Assembly: GCA_964016885.1 (NCBI GenBank)
Contig: CAXHJY010000483.1
Location: forward strand, 1-42,694
Source of the DNA: Eledone cirrhosa
Taxonomy: Eukaryota
Direction: 5' to 3'
DNA: 42,694 nucleotides
Numbering within the stretch: position 1 is the stretch's first letter; every line of letters starts with the position of its first letter. This document shows positions 12,597-25,497 of the stretch, piece by piece. The notes below the pieces were generated by a model, which was not told the DNA's origin, searched no databases, and saw only the letters and a list, made by a program, of their open reading frames with translations. Both the position numbers and the translations under genes were made by a program.

Positions 12597-13511
12597 TCTA
12601 TATATATAAAACTGTGGTTGTCTGTCTGTCTATCGATTTTTGGCACACATCTCCTCTTAGAATCTCTCACGGAATTGCACCAAAATTGCTATACTTGTAC
12701 ATTGAGCCCTAGCGAAGACATCGGAAAAAAAGTATTTCAAATTGACCCACCCTATGTGACGAAATCGAATATAATGTATCGATTTTTGAGCGTAAGTTAT
12801 CAGTTATTTCCCTTTGTTCTGTTTACATTGAGCGTCTTACGTAAAAAATTACGCTGGCTTTCTCAGCGTTTAAAATGACATTAACACAATACACGAACAG
12901 ACAGTTGTCGAGCCAGCAAAATATTGACCTGCAAAATTCATCAGTTCGAACACGAAGCTTCCGTTTTGCTTCATTTCCATTTAAAAGCATTTTAAAACAA
13001 TATTTTTACTTGAAAACAAGTCTATTTAAAGACTACGTAAAACAAGCAAATATTTCGTCGTTAGGCGTGCAGACAGACAGTCGTGCAGACAGACAGTCGT
13101 GCAGAGAGGTGATATACGCGGGCAGACAGACAGTCGTGCAGAGAGGTGATATAGGCGTGCAGACAGACAGTCGTGCAGAGAGGTGATATAGGCGTGCAGA
13201 CAGACATAACTGATAATTTGGTTACGCTAATGTTTTTCTCTGCGTTGCAGTGTTTACATTTTCGATCTTTCTTAATAAATAACCAGTGCAGTTTCTATCC
13301 CCAGCATCCTCTTTTGTTATAACATTCGGGTTATCGTTATGTTTTCTTAACTTCATAAGGCATATTGTTGGTTGAGGGAATATTAATCAAAAACACCACA
13401 TGCAAGTCTGCACAGTGGACACTACAGTTTTTAAGCCAAGAAAGAAACTTAACATTGTAACTTTAACACAGCTACTGAGCGACCCCGAGCAACGCCGGGC
13501 TTTACTGCTAG
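12597..13511 (+). mobile_element. Non-autonomous Helitron
   Basis: A|TCTATATATATAAAA 5' end; subterminal hairpin CCCGAGCAACGCCGGG; CTAG|T 3' end; no TSD; internal short tandem repeats at 13063-13206. Confidence 0.88.
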
Positions 13512-13866
13512 TAGTCAATATAGCAATACAAAGAAATATGGCTACATCACAACACAATACAACTACACTAATACAATATTACACAAATCCACATTACCAG
13601 CACATTACTATCTCAATACCACCACAATACCATTGTATGTATAGATGGATGCATGGATGGATGGGCCACTAACTCATGAGGGAGTCATAGGGACGTTGTA
13701 TTGATGAGGCGTTTCTAGAACATTTTAAAGTCTGAATACAGACAGATTTCTTCCAGAAAAGGATAGAGAGAGTGAGAGAGAGAGAATGGAAGTGAGAAAG
13801 AGATATAGATGGAGAATCAATCTCAGTACTTGACTGGTACTTTATTATTGACCTTGAATGGATGAA

Positions 13867-13966
<100 letters not shown>

Positions 13967-14409
13967 GAAGAGAGAGGGAGAGAGGAAGAATCGACTCCAG
14001 TACTTGACTGGTACTTTTTTATCGACCTTGAATGGATGACAGGCAACCCCAGTACTAGAATGGAACATTCACGGAGACTTCTTATAGGATTTTTCGGAAT
14101 ATATTGTTTTGAGGAAGAGTTAAAAATAGGCATATACTTATACATGGCTAGTACAAACATACTTTAATTATCATATCCGAATCTTGGATGTATAAGACGC
14201 AAGCTGGTTTTAACATCGAATTTTTATGTAAAAATGTGTCTCATGTTTCACCCACCCGCAACCAAATCGGAATATGAAACAATTTGAATTTAAAGGTAGC
14301 TAACTATCTCACATAAAAAAAATACAACACCAAGTCGGATTATAGGAATAAAATATTACTTTACCTACCAAAATACAGAAATATTAAAATTCTAGATGAA
14401 TGATATGTG

Positions 14410-14770
14410 TGAAAGGACAGAGAAGCTATTGAAGGAATCAAGAGAAGAAAAAAGCATGAAATACCAGAATTATTAACAAATCTGTCTTGAGAAGAAAGGT
14501 GTAAAAACCTAGGAATTACAACTTTGGAGTAGATAAAGCTAAGGAGAGACATGATAGAAATATTTATGATAATGAAAGGACTTGAAATTACAGAAGAAAA
14601 TGTAAGAAGAGAACACCATTATACTATTTATAAGATACAATGCTCTAAAGACATCAGAAAATATATTTTTCTCAAAGAGTTATTAGTGAATGGAATAGTT
14701 TGTTTAATCATGAAGTAGACGACACAACAGTAAATGATTATAAAAAGATATGACAGATGAAGAACGAATG
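14410..14770 (+). mobile_element. CR1-clade LINE 3' remnant (inverted paralog at about 17860-18375)
   Basis: EERCKNLGITTLE*IKLRRDMIEIF...G and SQRVISEWNSL match CR1 ORF2 C-terminal motifs. Confidence 0.8.
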
Positions 14771-14981
14771 AATAGATTGAAATATTTGTGATGCTGAGTA
14801 AAAGAGAGCAGAAAGCATTGTAGTGAATTTGAACTTGCGATGCCTTCCAATCTCATATTGAAAATGTATAATATCAATCAGGATAATGTCGTATATTTTC
14901 TACATGATCGGAATGACAATTCTAAAACTACGAATTACTAGAAAAGGTGAAAATATAAACAAAACACAACATTATAATGTA

Positions 14982-15394
14982 CTAGCAGATGTACCCGGCG
15001 TTGCTCGGGAAATGCATGAGAGCCTGAATTGTTCAAGGTCGTTTATGGCTTAGCTAGCAATTTCTGAGTGCATGTCAGCTTATGTCAGCTAATTGGCGAG
15101 CCAATGAGAGGTCGCCTCAATAGCACGTGCCAAATCGTCATAGTACTTCAAAGGTTAAAAGGAGCCTAGTATTTGTACACAGACAGATACACACACAAAA
15201 TCGATTTTTCGGCCCCAATATCGATTTTTTTTTCAAATTTGTTTTTGTCCAAAACCTGCTCTGGCATATAAGCAATACGTGTGCCAAATTTGGTTGAAAT
15301 CGGCCTAGTACTTCAAAAGTTAAAAGGAGTCTAGTATTTGTACACAGGCAGACAGACACACAGACACACACCGACTTGCTTTTATATATATAGA
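14982..15394 (-). mobile_element. Non-autonomous Helitron
   Basis: Same termini in reverse orientation; inserted between A and T; absent from the paralogous arm near 17224. Confidence 0.92.
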
Positions 15395-17466
15395 TACCGT
15401 CGAAAGTATATCTGTATACAATATGTATTATTGGAAGATTTGAGGAAAGGAATCGAATGTGAGAGGAGGGGCATTAAACTGTACTTATGTCGTGAAAAAT
15501 GTCTAACTTCAGACAGTAAATTGTAGCAGAGGTTCTTTCTGCTATCGAGTGTTTCTTTGAACGTCAATTTTTAAATATTTGTCTCTCTTTAAAGATAGAT
15601 TATCTTTTTAAACTAATTTTAGATTATTCGTGGCTGGTCTGTGTGGTTTGTTTTGATGCAGCATCTCTGTCTCGGAGACAGGTTGAATTTGATCAAGTGG
15701 AATATGAGTCTTTAAAATGAAAAATTGCGTAAAAGACACACCTTTTGTTTATCCCAGGTATCGCGGTAGATGTCCTGATGTCTCCTGTTTGTAAAGTAAT
15801 CCAAAAGGCAAAAGACGACATCCAGTAAACCTTGGTAATCCAGCTTCGCCGTAGCCGCCATTTGCAATAGAAAATGGCAAGAAAAAACAAAAACAAAAGG
15901 CACACTGAGCAGTTAATGTATTGAAAATCACAAAAATAAAAATAAAACTAGTGAATAGAGATATTTTCATTTCATTATTTAATTTTTTGTTTTCTTTATT
16001 GCTAACAATCTGCTGAAAATCTTATAATAATTAATTTGTCTTACAATGGTTCGTATTGTTGCTTCGTCCATTTTACGTTTACTGTCACAAACTATCGTTT
16101 ATTCAAGATTTTGTTCTAATATAATAAACTATACTTTTAAAAGACTGACTTTCTCACATTCATTCTGTCTCTTCTATATTGTTATCTAATGGATAAAACA
16201 ATATTTGTGGTATGTGAGAGGTAGAAATAACACGACTTACTTTCACCGCTGCAGATAGCTAACTGGCAATGTGTTTAGCTGACAACGGTGAACATCACGT
16301 GTTTAGTGTTAAGTCCCAACAAAGTGCCATTTTTATACCGGGTTAACTGGAAAGTCGGACCAAATGAGGATACAATTTTCTCTCCTTATCAACATTCTCC
16401 GATTTTGAGGACCTTGGTCCCTGAATAAATAGTGAGATAAAGTGATAGGGTTGAATCTCTAGCAAGAATTACAGTAGGTTATTTTTAACGAAGGACATCA
16501 ATAAATTTAATAGTGAGGTATGACAGTTGAAGAAGGCCACTGCAGACCATCGGGTTATAGGATGAAATGAATCTTAGAGAAAGTAAGTGAAGATATATTT
16601 TCTGAAATTGCCAGAAGAATAAAATCCAATGTCGACCCTTTTGAAGTATTGATAAGGCTGAGAAAGGCATGAATGCCACAACATCTATTATGCTTGGAAA
16701 TACAAGGTAGGTTTCTGAAAGCCCCAGAGGAATAAAATATAAGACGGTCGTTGGTAGTGCGAATAACATGGAGAAAGACAGGAAGGCCACAACATCGTTT
16801 GCTTGGATATAGAAAAGTAGCTTTATAAATATAAATTGGATTACTTTACAAACAGGAGACATCAGGACATCTACCGCAATATCTGATATAAACATAAGGT
16901 GTGTCATTTTAATGACTCATGTTCCACTTGATCAAATTTCACCTGTCTACGAGACAGAGATTCTGCATCAAACCACACAGACCAGCCAGGAATAATCTAA
17001 AATTAGTTTTACAAAAGATAATTCATCTTTAAAGAGAGACAAATATTTAAAATTTGACTTTCAAAGACTTTCAAACACTCGATGGCAGAAAGAATCTCAG
17101 CCACAATTTACTGTCTGAAGTTAGACATTTTTCACGTTTAATGCCCCTCTTCTCACATCCGATTCCTTTCCTCAAAACTTTCTTCAAATAATACATATTT
17201 TATAGAGATATACTTTCGAAGGTGTACATTACGATTTTGTGTTGTGTTTTGTTTTGTAACTTTTCTAGTAATTCATTGTTTTAAAAAGAACATTACGATC
17301 ATGTAGAAAATCTATGACATTATCCTGATTGATATTATACTGTAACATGAATTTGGAAGACGGGCATAATGAACTAATCTTCAAGATTATATTTAACCAA
17401 ATACAAACACACATCAAAAGGATTTAGTAACTGAAATCTTTAACGAACGTAACTACATACAATAAT

Positions 17467-17565
17467 TGTTTCTACTTTTGGCACAAGGCCAGCAATTACC
17501 CAGTGCATTACTGGTACTTTATTTTATCGACCCTGTAAGGATGAAAGGCAAAGTCAACCCCGGCG
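17467..17565 (-). mobile_element. 5'-truncated SINE copy (related fragments at 13815-13868 and 13988-14046)
   Basis: Matches the 3' half of 7894-8083. Confidence 0.8.
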
Positions 17566-18000
17566 AAAGTATTTCAAAGAAATTAATGAGTTTCACCGAT
17601 ATTATTGTAATCTACATCATGGAAGACGTATCTCTGTATATCTTCATGATAAAATATTCATCATTAACAATTCATGGAGTGACGACTAAACTGTAGTTAT
17701 GTCGAAGCAGTTGATACAATTCTAAATCAGTTGATATATTCTGAAGTGTTGCGAGATTTACTGTGTTCTTATTATTGCCATAGCAAGTTCAAATTCACTA
17801 CAATGATTTCTGCTCACTTTTACTCAGCATCACAAATATTTCAATCTATCCATTCGTTCTTCATCTGTCATATCTTGTTATAATCATTTATTGTTGTGTC
17901 GTCTACTCCACGATTTAAACTATTCCATTCACTAATAACTCTTTGAGAAAAATATTTTTTCTAATGTCTTTAGAGCATTCTATCTTATAAACAGTATAAT

Positions 18001-18184
18001 TGTTTCTACTTTTGGCACAAGGCCAGCATTTACACAGTTCATTACTGGTACTTTATTTTATCGACTCGGTAAGGATGAAAGATAAAGTTAACCTCGACGG
18101 GATTTGAACTCAGACCGTAAAGGGACGTAACTGTGCTGGAAAGCATGGCGTCCGACCCTCTACCGATACTGCTAATTCACCGCC
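18001..18184 (-). mobile_element. Same SINE family, with 17-bp TSD
   Basis: TSD CTTATAAACAGTATAAT at 17984-18000 and 18185-18201; empty site in the paralog near 14618-14634. Confidence 0.92.
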
Positions 18185-19511
18185 CTTATAAACAGTATAA
18201 TGATGTCCTCTTACATTTTCTTCTGTAATTTCAAGTCCATTCATTATCTTAAATATTTCTATCATGTTTCCCCTTAGCTTTATCTCCTCCAAAGTTGTAA
18301 TTCCTAAGTTTTTACATCTTTCTTCTCAAGACAGATTTCTTCTCTAGATTCCTTCAACAGCTTCTCTGTCCTTTCGGAAGTCGGGTAACCATACCTACAA
18401 ATAATATTCTAAGTATCATTTATCTAGAGTTTTAATATTTCTGTATTTAGCTAGGTAAAGTAATATTGTATTCCTATAATCCGACTTGGTGTTGTGATTT
18501 TTTTTCTGCGAGATGGTTAGCTACCTTTAAATTCAAATCGATGCATATTCCCAATTTGTTGGGGGTGGGTGAAACAAGAGACATATTTGTACATAAAAAT
18601 TCGATGTTAAAACCTTTTGGCGTCTTACATATTCAAGTTACGAATATATTACGAATATAGTTACAAAATATATTCCGAAAAAATAATGTATGAAGTCTCC
18701 GTAAGTGTTCCATTTCAATATCTCTTTTCAATATCTCTTTTCAATATCTCATTTCAATATCTCTTTTCGATTTTCAGAGGATTGTATTGCCGTTGAAGAT
18801 GCAATCATTTGTCCTTATGATTAATAAACCCATCTTAAAATGGTTCGTATTGTTGCTTCGTTCAATATTTTGTTCTAATAAAATAAATTTTATTTTTAAA
18901 AGATTGACATTTTCACATTCATTCTTTCTCTTCTATATTGTTATCTAATGGATAAAACAATGTATGTGAGAAGTAAAAATAACACGACCTTCTTTCACCG
19001 CTGCAGAAATGTAACTGGCGAGTTTCAACAAAGAGCCCTTTATATACCGTGATTTTTCTTTTTGTTTACATAGAAGTAATTCTATTTTCCATACAAGTAG
19101 AACGATGTATAAATAACATTATAAAATTGCTGGCAATTCTTTCAGAACATTACAAACATGATGTCGTTGATAAACGCAAATATAAACGCATAAACGCGAG
19201 AGAGAAAAAATTAAAAGAAATGAGTGGGAAGCAAAACACAAGCCGGGAAGATGAGCTAAACCAAGATACTCTCTTCTCTCCTTATCAATATTCTCTGAGT
19301 TTCAGGACCTTACCTCCTTGAATAAGTTGTGAGACAAAGTAACAGGTTTGAATCCCTACCAAGAAATGCAACAGGTTATGTTTAACCAGGGACTGTTATG
19401 TCGTGGTTGTTGCTATAAGGTATAGTCAAAGTTTCAGTCTTTAGTTGGGATTATATGGTATGTTCAAATCACACATACACATATATGTGTGTGAGTGTGT
19501 GTGTTTATCCC

Positions 19512-19563
19512 GGGTTCAATCCTGATGATTTCTCTCGAATGAAACAGTTCTAGTCCTGTAGAA

Positions 19564-19566
<3 letters not shown>
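19512..19566 (+). ncRNA. Hammerhead-like motif with weak stem I
   Basis: CTGATGA-tTTC tctc GAAt-GAAA-CAG ttctagtc CTG-TA-GAAGCC. The 3' half is repeated at 19627-19657. Confidence 0.6.
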
Positions 19567-19616
<50 letters not shown>

Positions 19617-19927
19617 AGGCTTCTACCGAATGAAACAGTTCTAGTCCTGTAGAAGCCTTTCTATATTAAATATTCATACTCTGCTGTGTATTGAGTACCT
19701 TACTTACTGTGGTTACCCCCGATTGAACACAGGAGGGTGAAAGCAGCGATACTTTGCTTAAACTTTAATCTGTTATTTTAATATATGTGTGTGTGTGTAG
19801 GATTGAGGGATGAGAGAATTGAAGAGGCATTGTGACTGAACACACCAATCTAAGATCAAGTCTAACACACATCTATATTTTTAATGATCCAGCATCACAA
19901 TCGAAGACCATTACTGCAGATCATCTG

Positions 19928-20468
19928 GTTGTAGAATCAAATCAACCCTAGAGAGACGAGAAACACTGTCAAGTTATATTTTAGCAAAGCCCCAGATAGA
20001 TGGACAAGGTTGACACGGAGAAAGGGATGAACGCCACCAGATCATAGATATTAATTTTCCATCAATTTTTGTAGTTGTTTCTGTGGCCTATTGGTAGGTA
20101 TGAGAGACGGTGGAGACCCTCGTCTGGGGTTCAATCTCAGCTAGTATCTACATTCGAAACTATTTTTTTTTTAATATAGAGTAAAAAAAAAAATGAAAAA
20201 CAAATTAAGTGAATAGGACTGAGATTGAACCCCAGACCAGGATCTCCACCGTCTCTCATACTTACAACTGCTACAAAAACTGATGGAAAATTAAAATTTA
20301 TAAACTTACTTTTCTATTTCCAAGCAAAATTCACGTGGTGGCGTTCATGCCTTACTCAATTTTATTGCTACTAAAAAGGGTCGACTTTGTCTCTCATCCT
20401 CCTGGGTCTTTCATAAATTAAATCTTCACTTTCTTTCTTATCGCTCTACGGTTGATTTGAACCTACAA
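19928..20468. repeat. Diverged inverted repeat with a tRNA-like segment at the inner ends
   Basis: TATGAGAGACGGTGGAGA..GTCTGGGGTTCAATCTCAG vs CTGAGATTGAACCCCAGAC..TCTCCACCGTCTCTCATA; the outer parts also mirror each other. Confidence 0.8.
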
Positions 20469-20544
20469 TGTCCCCGCCTGCAATAATGTTTACTAACTTT
20501 AAATCTATCATACTTGGGGGGGGGGGGGGGGCGTGTGCGTGTAC

Positions 20545-20578
<34 letters not shown>

Positions 20579-21033
20579 CACGCATTCCCACCTCGGGCCT
20601 TATGTCCGTAAATTTTTAAACCCGATTTCTATATAGATAATATATGTACCAGTGTGTGGTCTGAGCCTACAATATGTTTTGCTTTAATTTTACGCAATTT
20701 CAACTAAATAGCGATATGTATTGTGTTTTTCGTTCGTTAACAATAAAAGAAATTCTATATCTCCAGCTAAAGATTTGAACTCCTGACAGCACCACAAACT
20801 AAATATTTAACTACTAAACTACCGAGACTTACCTGGTTTTTGTGTGTGTGTGTGAAAGATTCAAACTTAGTACGACGTGTCTGCATCTTGTTAAACCTGA
20901 TTTCTATATAGGGATAATATATATACACGCTTAAGATTTGAACCTACAGACTTGTGCTTTGTAGTAATGTCACGTAACTTCAACTAGATGGCGCTCCGTA
21001 TTTGTATTTTGTTCGTTCATTAAAAAGAATAAT

Positions 21034-21316
21034 TGTTTCTACTTTTGGTACAAGGCCAGTAATTATACCAGTGTATTACTGGTACTTTGTTATTGACCCC
21101 GTAAGGATGAAAGGGTTAGGGTTATTTAAAAAATAATTGTTTCTACTTTTGGCACAAGGCCACAAATTACCCCAGTGCATTACTGGTACTTTATTTTATC
21201 GACCCCGTAAGGATGAAAGGCAAAGTTATCCTCGGCGGGATTTGAACTCAGACCATAAAGGGGTGTAACTCTTTGCTGCAAAGCATGGCGTCCGACCCTC
21301 TACCGATACTGCCAAT
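21034..21316 (-). mobile_element. Two tandem copies of the SINE (partial plus near full length)
   Basis: Both begin TGTTTCTACTTTTGG on the + strand; AGAATAAT flanks the pair. Confidence 0.85.
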
Positions 21317-21379
21317 AGAATAATTAAAAGCAATTTTATATCCCTAGCTAACGATTGACTTCATGACGACTCCTTATAT

Positions 21380-22194
21380 CAGGGGTTCTCAAACTGGACG
21401 CTACTGCCCCCGGGGGGCATCGAGAAGCTCCAGGGGTCACTGTGGTCTAAGGGGGTGGGGTGGTAGACATGATATAATAGTATATTTAATATCAAATGAT
21501 ACATATTATATATAAATATAGCGAAATAAAAATATATAATATTTATTTATACATAGTATAGTGTGGAAGTCGGACCTTCGTAAGACCTGAAGATCCATCT
21601 CTTCATTGCTGTAGTGGAGTCTGTGCTACTGTACGGGTCTGAGACTTGGACACTGACCAAGAAACTCACTCAGATAGTGGATGGGTGCTACACGAGAATG
21701 CTGAGGATGGCTCTGAACATTCATCAGTATACACTGAGGATGAATAACTCAGAGCTGTATGGGAGCATCCCAAAAGTCAGCTCAAAAGTGACACAGAGGA
21801 GACTGAGGTTAGCTGGACATGCTCACCGACATCTAGAGTTGACACTGGACTCAGTGCTCCTGTGGGAGCTCCTGCATGGACACACTGGAAGAAGGAATCT
21901 TAGGGTTAACATATGTTGATGCCCTAAGGACAGACACTGGTCTGTTGGAGACGCAGGACATGGCAGTGATAATGAGGGACAGAGACCGCTGGAGAGAACT
22001 CGTCCATGGATCTCGGGAATTTTACCCGCCCTAGATATATATATATATATAAATTAACGATTTTATTTATTATATATTATTTACAATTTGTGTATAGGTA
22101 GGTCTGTCTGGAAATAGGGTGGGGGGTGGGAGGAGGCAGAGAAATTACATGACCATGAGGGGAGCAGAGGCCCCAAAAGATTTGAAGACCTCTG
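21380..22194. mobile_element. hAT-like MITE carrying a nested RTE fragment
   Basis: Imperfect TIRs CAGGGGTTCTCAAA / TTTGAAGACCTCTG; degenerate 8-bp TSD CCTTATAT / TCTTATAC. Confidence 0.7.
21580..22034 (+). mobile_element. RTE-clade LINE 3' fragment, 5'-truncated
   Basis: LLYGSETW, RRLRLAGH and DRDRWR motifs; ends in (TA)n; nested in a hAT-like MITE. Confidence 0.9.
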
Positions 22195-22454
22195 TCTTAT
22201 ACTAACACCAATAACTACATTACATATTTAATTAAGATACCAACACATAAATTTGTAACTGAAAAATAAAGTATTAAAACTTAAATTTTTTTTAAAGTAA
22301 ACATTGTATTTTTTATTATCGTAATTCGAATTAATTTTTTGAAATAAAATAACATTACAAATGCATAAATAACATTATCAAGTTAAGAAGACTTAGGTGT
22401 GTGTGTATGTATATATATATATATATATATATATACAGTATATATATATATATA

Positions 22455-22613
22455 TAGGGCGGGTACAATTCCCGAGATCCATGGACGAGTTCTCTCCAGC
22501 GGTCTCTGTCCCTCATCATCGCTGCCATGTCCTGCATCTCCAAGAGACCAGTGTCTGTCCTTAGGGCATCAAGATATGGTAACCTAGGTCTTCCTCTTCC
22601 AGTGTGTCCATGC
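22455..22613 (-). mobile_element. Short 3' end of the same RTE family
   Basis: HGHTGRGRPRLPYLDALRTD...ELYPP followed by (TA)n. Confidence 0.88.
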
Positions 22614-22746
22614 ATCATCATCATTATCATCATTTTACGTCTGCTTTTCCCTGCTTGCAAGGGTGGGACAGGTCCTATTCAGTACAGCATCTCTCCATTC
22701 ATCACGGTCCTTCGTCATCTCCTCTGTGAGCTTCAGCAATCTGAGG

Positions 22747-22749
<3 letters not shown>
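22614..22749 (-). mobile_element. 3' end of a second RTE family with a (GAT)n tail
   Basis: Matches 36181-36311. Confidence 0.8.
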
Positions 22750-22797
<48 letters not shown>

Positions 22798-23451
22798 TAA
22801 GGTGAGCCACCAGCGATAACAAGAACTGTCAGTGGCCCAACTCCACCAAATGTCTCGTGCTTTCACTGAATTACCAAAATGTAGCCCCAGTCATGCCTAT
22901 CCCTCAAAACGTTTCTGATGCTCCAAACATGACCACCTCTCCTTATTTGGAACTGCATGTGTAGAATTCAGAATAGGGATGCTCATAGCTGGAACATCGA
23001 TGAAGTTTTGAGGGTTTAACCCCTTTTTATCCCCCCTCCCCATTATTCCAACAGTGACTCCAAATTCCACGCATGTTCACTCCCACCATTGCATGGGAGG
23101 TATATTACAGTAGGTATAATGCAGTACAGTAGGTATATTACAGTACAGTAGATAGGCTCAGCAATTTATATTTATTGGAACTCAGTGATCTCATCAACAC
23201 AGGGTTTTCTGCATGTGTATTTGTGGCACACCCTTCCTCACCAAAAACATCTGCTACAAAAATAAAAGAAAGAAAGATAGAGGTACAGAAGAACTGAACT
23301 CAATAAGTATAATAGATTTTCATTAGATTTTATTAAAAGACATCTTAAGAAACCTCAGAAGGTTTTTACAGGACCTACTTTGTCGTCTGCCATTTCAGAT
23401 GTGGAAATATTTTCACGATTATTCTCTTTGGTGAATCGAACAAAATATTGT

Positions 23452-23899
23452 AGGATATGGTAGAAGATGTTATAATAATGTAGATTATGGTCGATAATGT
23501 AGATTCTGGTATAATATAGATTATGGTATAATAATGTAGATTATGGTGGAATAATGTAGATTATGGTAGATGTTATAATAATGTAGAAGATGTTATAATA
23601 ATGTAGATTATGGTAGATGTTATAATAATGTAGAAGATGTTATAATAATGTAGATTATGGTAGATGTTATAATAATGTAGAAGATGTTATAATAATGTAG
23701 ATTATGGTGGAATAATGTAGATTATGGTAGATGTTATAATAATGTAGATTATGGTAGATGTTATAATAATGTAGATTATGGTAGATGTTATAATAATGTA
23801 GAAGATGTTATAATAATGTAGATTATGGTAGATGTTATAATAATGTAGATTATGGTAGATGTTATAATAATGTAGATTATGGTAGATGTTATAATAATG
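23452..23899. repeat. 27-bp minisatellite with shorter variants
   Basis: GTAGATTATGGTAGATGTTATAATAAT. Confidence 0.95.
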
Positions 23900-24324
23900 C
23901 CACGTCTGACACAAGTCAAAGTACTGTCCTGTGGAGTAAGAGACAAGACAAAACAGCATCTTATACCAATTAATCTATGACAGTAAACGTAGAATTTCAC
24001 AAACATCTTAATGTCATTTTCCTTTCTGGAGCAGGGATTAGTTTAGTGACAAGTTCCTCAATATTTCCCTATTATTTAAATCCTCCCTAATCAAACAAGC
24101 CTGGCTAAGAAACGAGTGGGATGGACCCTTTTTCCTATACCCCACCCCTGGTGTGAAACAACAGTAAAAATAAAGATGTTACAGCTCACCCCAAGGTTGT
24201 ATGTAATAGGAGATTTCGGAGTGTCTTAATGATTGAGGCCCCTAGTCCTATCATGTTGTTACAGCTCACCCCTATGTAGGTTTACCTGGCTTCCTACAAG
24301 GTTGTATATCATTGGAGGCTTCGT

Positions 24325-24868
24325 GGGTGCCTTAATGATAGGGTCCCCAGTCCTATCATGTTGATGTTATAGCTCATATCTATGTAGGTTTGGTGGGTGT
24401 CTTAATGATAGGGTCCCCAGTCCTATCATGTTGATGTTACAGCTCATATCTATGTAGGTTTGGTGGGTGTCTTAATGATAGGGTCCCCAGTCCTATCATG
24501 TTGATGTTACAGCTCATATCTATGTAGGTTTGGTGGGTGTCTTAATGATAGGGTCCCCAGTCCTATCATGTTGATGTTACAGCTCATATCTATGTAGGTT
24601 TGGTGGGTGTCTTAATGATAGGGTCCCCAGTCCTATCATGTTGATGTTACAGCTCATATCTATGTAGGTTTGGTGGGTGTCTTAATGATAGGGTCCCCAG
24701 TCCTATCATGTTGATGTTACAGCTCATATCTATGTAGGTTTGGTGGGTGTCTTAATGATAGGGTCCCCAGTCCTATCATGTTGATGTTACAGCTCATATC
24801 TATGTAGGTTTGGTGGGTGTCTTAATGATAGGGTCCCCAGTCCTATCATGTTGAAGTTACAGCTCACC
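24325..24868. repeat. 70-bp minisatellite, 7-8 copies with degenerate flanks
   Basis: GGGTGTCTTAATGATAGGGTCCCCAGTCCTATCATGTTGATGTTACAGCTCATATCTATGTAGGTTTGGT. Confidence 0.96.
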
Positions 24869-24961
24869 CTTATGTAAGTTTAGCTGGTCCCACACAAAGT
24901 TGCATCTCATAGGAGGGGTCATGAGTGTTTTAAGGATAGGGACCCCAGTCATATCTTGAAA

Positions 24962-25078
24962 AACAACATAGCAAAATTAAGGGATTTGCTCAAGAATGCA
25001 ACATACCCGCCCCGTCCTGGAATCGAAACCAAGCCCTCATAAACACAAGTCCAACGCACTAACCATTAGGCCACACAC
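24962..25078 (-). mobile_element. tRNA-derived SINE head of a different family
   Basis: Reverse complement GTGTGGCCTAATGGTTAG (A box) ... GGTTTCGATTCC (B box) ... TTCTTGAGCAA. Confidence 0.65.
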
Positions 25079-25497
25079 CTGTGAGTAGGAGTTGCGGTGG
25101 GGGATAAACAACAGCAGTAACAATAAAGGGGAGAAAACTCTGTTGGTCTTATCTCCACTCCTCAGCATAAGACTTTAACACTTATTGTTATCCCCCCCCC
25201 CCCAGTCATTGTTGTGTCATTATCTCCTTCACGTGACCTCCCCCACCACCACCACCGTCGCCCCCTTCACTGATGCACAGAGGCCTTAATCACCCTGGCT
25301 ACAGATCAACAGACAGACTGGTTAGTTAGTTAGTTAGTCATGAAACCAGCTAGTCCCCACCACCACCACCACCTCCACCACTACACCACCACTACACCAC
25401 CACCACCACCTCCACCACACCACCACTACACCACCTCCATAGTAAAACTTAACTTGAAGCAGACACAGAAACAAGGTTGGTGTATTTTGAACTGGTA

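Larger units (their letters stand above)
14058..18716. repeat. Old inverted segmental duplication: arms about 14058-15805 and 16835-18716
   Basis: Collinear reverse-complement matches at many points, e.g. TCTCCTGTTTGTAAAGTAATCCAA vs TTGGATTACTTTACAAACAGGAGA; visibly diverged. Confidence 0.9.
16040..19390 (+). repeat. Direct duplication: about 16040-16490 vs 18834-19390
   Basis: Shared AATGGTTCGTATTGTTGCTTCGT, TTGTTATCTAATGGATAAAACAAT and TCTCCTTATCAA blocks in the same order. Confidence 0.85.
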
